A model generated the notes under the pieces. It did no database searches, was not told where the DNA came from, and was given only the letters and a program-made list of their open reading frames with translations. DNA of 64,000 bases from the NCBI GenBank assembly GCA_949358305.1, contig OX442314.1:10974001-11038000 (forward strand), given 5' to 3'. The translations under genes were made by a program, and so were the position numbers. Origin of the DNA: Strigamia acuminata (lineage: Eukaryota). This document shows positions 53,014 through 64,000 of this stretch, piece after piece. Position 1 is the first letter of the stretch, and every line of letters starts with the position of its first letter.

Positions 53014-54073
53014 TCAATGGTCATCCGATGTATTTCCGGGGCAATTTGTCGACATATCCGTTTCATCTGAAGATAAAATCAAATAAAATCAAATAAACAA
53101 ATTTTTCCTTTATTCACAAATATTTCACCTTCGAATTTAATTCCACACCAAACACAATACTGATGCTTCGTTCGCAAATATTCCGTCACTTTCTCCAACA
53201 TAAAACACGTCTCTAATTCCTCGCTCTCGTCTTCCGAACTCGAACTATCGGATTCATCTTCCTCCGCCTCCTTCACTTCATTTTTCACCCAAAAATAATC
53301 TTGTTCCGGTTCAAGTATTTCCTGAAAATGAAACAAAACATCAGTAAAAATGAAAAAAAAATCATAAAAAATGAAAAAAAAATCATAAAAAATATATAAT
53401 TTCCACATACAATATCGTTATCAAGCTGTTTACACGCTTTTTGACTTTTGATTAAGTCACTCAGCATTTGTCGTTCAGCACTTTTGCTACTCATTTGATT
53501 CCTGTATAACTTCTGATACCGTTCGTCCATAATAACTCTTTTAGCCCTAAAGTTCTCCAATTCCTTCTTTTTCTCTTCTCTTTTCCGTTTTATTTGCGTA
53601 TCGCGACCTAAACCTCCTCTATCTTCTTTCACGTTGATTGCAATTGGTTCCGTCTTCCCAATCCCTGCAATTAGTTAATTATTGATGTAGAAGCGAAAAA
53701 GCAATCGATAATTTTGTTCGTTGGACCTGTTTTTCCAATCGCCGTTCCAGGTTTATACCCCATTCGTTGGAGCATGGCAAAGCCCTTATTTTCCACTGAT
53801 AGAGCATTTTGTAACCCAGTTTCACGCCGCTCTTGTTCCAATACTTTCTTTGGAACAGTTTTACTCGTTTCGTTTGATATTTTCTGTTTGACATCTTTGG
53901 CGAATTTCGCTTTCAACGAATGCGTGAACAATAACCCAGGCTTTACATCAGTACTAAAAAAAATAATATAAAATTCTTTCATTATTTCAATTCGAATTTA
54001 ATTTTAAATAAACGATTTGAAACCTTTTAGGTAAATATTTGTCCGACATATAATCATCATCTTCATCACTCAT
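53014..54073 (-). CDS. GPATCH11: G-patch domain-containing protein 11, multi-exon
   Basis: MSDEDDDYMSD, G-patch NKGFAMLQRMGYKPG..IGK, RGGLG, YLRTKHQYCVWCG, terminal CPG....DH. Confidence 0.92.
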
Positions 54074-54418
54074 TTTATCAAAACTGAAAACACTGCACAC
54101 TACGTCCCTCTTTTGACAAAATAATCAATTTTATTTCATAAATAAATGTACCGTATAATAATTAATAAATGTAAAATTTACAACGGAAACATATTTAAAA
54201 CATATTAAAACCATTAAAACTTGCAATCAAACATTTTATATGAAAATAAATTAACCATTTGTTTAGACGTGTTTAGGTAAACAGCGCCCTCGCTCGTTAG
54301 TCTCTAAATATAATAAGGGAGGGTTCAAAATGCCTGTACTTTAAAACTTTATTACACTTGACCTAATAATTTGCTTGTATGTTATAAAATTAACTTTATT
54401 TCTTTGTTATTTATCAAG

Positions 54419-64000
<9,582 letters not shown>

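Overview
AT-rich eukaryotic genomic DNA, most likely an arthropod, with short GT-AG introns. No prokaryotic features are visible. The left half (~1-37 kb) is an accessory zone. It holds a tandem cluster of four secreted precursor genes: signal peptide, then a hypervariable hydrophobic/cationic/Gly-rich segment, a dibasic/furin site, and a conserved 4-Cys DM4/DM12-like domain. It also holds four intronless ~680-710 aa paralogues of an unknown family with an N-terminal BC-box/cullin-box-like motif and a positionally conserved 7-codon upstream ORF; one copy comes from a very recent 2504-bp tandem duplication. A truncated PAIP1-like gene, a clan-2 cytochrome P450 with nested transposon debris, and many MITEs and minisatellites complete this half. 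The right half (~38-64 kb) is a very compact housekeeping block: GCN2, MOCS3/UBA4, APC11, an unknown small protein, CCDC97, COX20, GPATCH11 and HEATR5 (running off the end). Exon boundaries were read by eye and family assignments rest on recalled motifs; no database search was run.
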